IMG/VR virus record: IMGVR_UViG_3300045988_135688
Strand: one strand, 5' to 3'
DNA length: 64,000 nt
Source of the DNA: a virus
A program made the translations under genes and the position numbers. The notes under the pieces were generated by a model that made no database searches, was not told the DNA's origin, and saw nothing but the letters and a program-made list of their open reading frames with translations. How positions within the stretch are numbered: the first letter of the stretch is position 1; every line of letters begins with the position of its first letter. Positions 62,371 to 64,000 of this stretch are shown piece by piece.

Positions 62371-62898
62371 ATGTCAAACGAACAACAAAACAAAGTTCTC
62401 CATCATTGGAGAACTGGAAGTCAATCTGATTATGTGGGAGTAGAAATACTCCCTAACGGTCAGTCCATTATTGCTACAATATCCCATATCGTATGGGATG
62501 AGAATGCAAAGGTACAAGGTAGTAAGAAACCATCATGGATTGCTTACTTTAAAGAAACAAACCTTGTTCCTAAACCTATGCTATTGAACAGTACGAACCG
62601 CAAACGTCTTACTAAGCTGGCTCAAACTGATTATCCTGAAACCATCCGTGATTTTCGTGTCATATTATGCAAGGAACTGACACGTGACCCAAGCGATGGA
62701 GGAAAGGTCTACGGATTGCGTATAGGGCGTGATGTTCCGCCACCACCACAGAAAGAGAAGATGACAGTGAACTCTGATAAATTCAATGCTGCATTGGAAG
62801 CATTGAAAAGTGGGAAATGCGACATTGGATACATCACGGCAAGCTATGATGTGGACGCTGAAGCTATGAAATTGTTTAACGAATCAGTTAAAAAATAA
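62371..62898 (+). CDS. Hypothetical protein (175 aa), upstream partner of exonuclease
   Basis: ORF track 62344; ATG at 62371 (MSNEQQNK). ATGA-type overlap with the next gene. Confidence 0.55.
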   Translation: MSNEQQNKVLHHWRTGSQSDYVGVEILPNGQSIIATISHIVWDENAKVQGSKKPSWIAYFKETNLVPKPMLLNSTNRKRLTKLAQTDYPETIRDFRVILCKELTRDPSDGGKVYGLRIGRDVPPPPQKEKMTVNSDKFNAALEALKSGKCDIGYITASYDVDAEAMKLFNESVKK

Positions 62899-63698
62899 TG
62901 GAAGCGGAAGAAAAAGAAAAATTATGGCTTATGAAGAGGTGTGGTAAAATCACCTCTTCCGCCATTGGAAAACTTATGGTTTCCGGGAGAAGGGAAATGA
63001 CACCTTCCGAACTAGATATTGCAAAAAAACAGGGTGTAAAGAGAAAGACAGTTGATGTTCCTTTTGGGGATACAGCTATTTCTTATCTTTATCAGGTTGC
63101 AAGGGAAAGAAGGTTAAACAAACCATGCCGACATATATCCACTTATGACATGGAGTGGGGGAAGGATCATGAAAAAGACGCTATCGAGTGTTTTAACCAT
63201 AACACGTTCTCCAGACTAATGTCCTGTGCGGATGATTTTGACGAAATTGTTTTTGTCGATAATATCTATGATGGATATGGCGATTCTCCCGATGGGTATG
63301 GATTTGATGTCAATGGTAAATTATCTTATATAGCCGAAGTGAAATGCTTTACTTCTGAAAGTAAGATTGAATATTTGAGAGAAGCAACAAAAGAACAGGC
63401 TATAGAGGAATACTATTGGCAGCTAATGTCGCATTTTCTTTCCCATCCCGATGTAGATAAAATGTATTATATCGTATATGACGGTAAATCTGATGATGAT
63501 CCATTTGATTTACGCCCGGTTAATGACCCGTCAAGGCTTTTGTATTGGGAACTTGACAGAAGCGATTATAAAGATGATATAGACAGGATGGAGGATAAGT
63601 TACAAATGGCTCTATCTTATATTTCATTCAACGAACGTGATGCGAAAAAATACCCAATAAGTAAAATTAATGACTTCGTTGGTGTTTCAAATACGTAA
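62898..63698 (+). CDS. YqaJ-type viral recombinase exonuclease (PD-(D/E)xK)
   Basis: GDSPDGYG...LSYIAEVKCFTSE matches the D...E-x-K core of YqaJ/lambda-exo-like nucleases. Confidence 0.7.
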   Translation: MEAEEKEKLWLMKRCGKITSSAIGKLMVSGRREMTPSELDIAKKQGVKRKTVDVPFGDTAISYLYQVARERRLNKPCRHISTYDMEWGKDHEKDAIECFNHNTFSRLMSCADDFDEIVFVDNIYDGYGDSPDGYGFDVNGKLSYIAEVKCFTSESKIEYLREATKEQAIEEYYWQLMSHFLSHPDVDKMYYIVYDGKSDDDPFDLRPVNDPSRLLYWELDRSDYKDDIDRMEDKLQMALSYISFNERDAKKYPISKINDFVGVSNT

Positions 63699-63734
63699 CG
63701 GGTAATTGCGGAGTTACCACAAAAAGTTAATAAT

Positions 63735-63839
63735 ATGTCAACAAATATAACATTATCTAAAGAAAGTAGTGAAAACGAAATTAAGGCGTATTTCAATGAA
63801 ATATTAGGCATTAAGGACCAAATAGGCAGTATTATATAG
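63735..63839 (+). CDS. 34-codon ORF paralogous to N-terminus of antirepressor 25959-26744
   Basis: LSKESSENEIKAYFNEIL versus LSKKSSESEIKSYFNAVL. About 80% nt identity over ~46 nt. Confidence 0.35.
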   Translation: MSTNITLSKESSENEIKAYFNEILGIKDQIGSII

Positions 63840-63853
63840 TATTACATTATATT

Positions 63854-64000
63854 ATGGAACAGAAAATAAAGGCTTATAAAGCATTTGATAAGGATTTATC
63901 TTGTAGAGGGTTTAAGTATGAGGTAGGTAAGGAATATGAAGAAACAGGCGACATAAAGGTATGCGAGAAAGGTTTTCATGCATGTCCTTATCCTCTGGAT
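63854..64000 (+). CDS. Hypothetical protein, 5' part only (runs off right edge)
   Basis: Hand-called: MEQKIKAYKAFDKDLSCRGFKYEVGKEYEETGDIKVCEKGFHACPYPLD, open to the window end. Confidence 0.5.
   Translation, partial: MEQKIKAYKAFDKDLSCRGFKYEVGKEYEETGDIKVCEKGFHACPYPLD

Noticed and set aside
1-64000. Integrase, repressor or attachment site to call the element a temperate prophage
   Set aside because: No tyrosine or serine recombinase motif, CI-like repressor or att repeats were recognised in the window. Antirepressor-like genes alone are insufficient, so lifestyle is left open.

Overview
This window looks like most of a tailed dsDNA phage or prophage genome (siphovirus-like) from a Bacteroidota host. 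Host evidence: AT-rich sequence, almost no Shine-Dalgarno sites, many TAnnTTTG (-7 box) promoter motifs, lipoprotein signals, and families I associate with Bacteroidota (DUF3127-like SSB, DUF4494-like). Layout: (1) a minus-strand morphogenesis operon from 20770 down to 1 (scaffold, decoration-position gene, major capsid, head-tail genes, major tail, 2059-aa tape measure, distal tail, and a tail fibre running off the left edge); (2) plus-strand packaging genes (terL 20914-22629, portal 23912-25444, head-morphogenesis 28812-29624); (3) a minus-strand replication/early module from 44578 down to 32472 (P4/D5-type primase-helicase, Toprim protein, dUTPase, SSB-like, KilA-N paralogues); (4) a 1.75-kb non-coding control region at 44579-46334; (5) a plus-strand block of about 50 small genes at 46335-64000 (MazG-like, ASCH-like, DUF551-like, KilA-N, YqaJ-type exonuclease). 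Two things stand out. First, the phage carries three OMEGA-type RNA-guided nuclease genes: iscB (30886-32130) with its upstream omega-RNA, a tnpB (22705-23877) wedged between terL and portal, and a second divergent tnpB (61139-62353) sitting in a remnant of the first type. There is also an orphan second copy of the IscB omega-RNA scaffold at 11174-11392 with a different 5' guide segment. Second, two paralogous cassettes (13413-12057 and 30889-29614), each a small ORF plus a ~350-aa protein, share perfectly conserved 41-nt and 32-nt boxes. These boxes flank cassette-specific 19-nt hairpin-forming tandem repeats whose copy number sets the reading frame. No searches were run, and family names come from motif recognition only. 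Coordinates I derived by hand rather than from the ORF track may be off by 1-2 nt.
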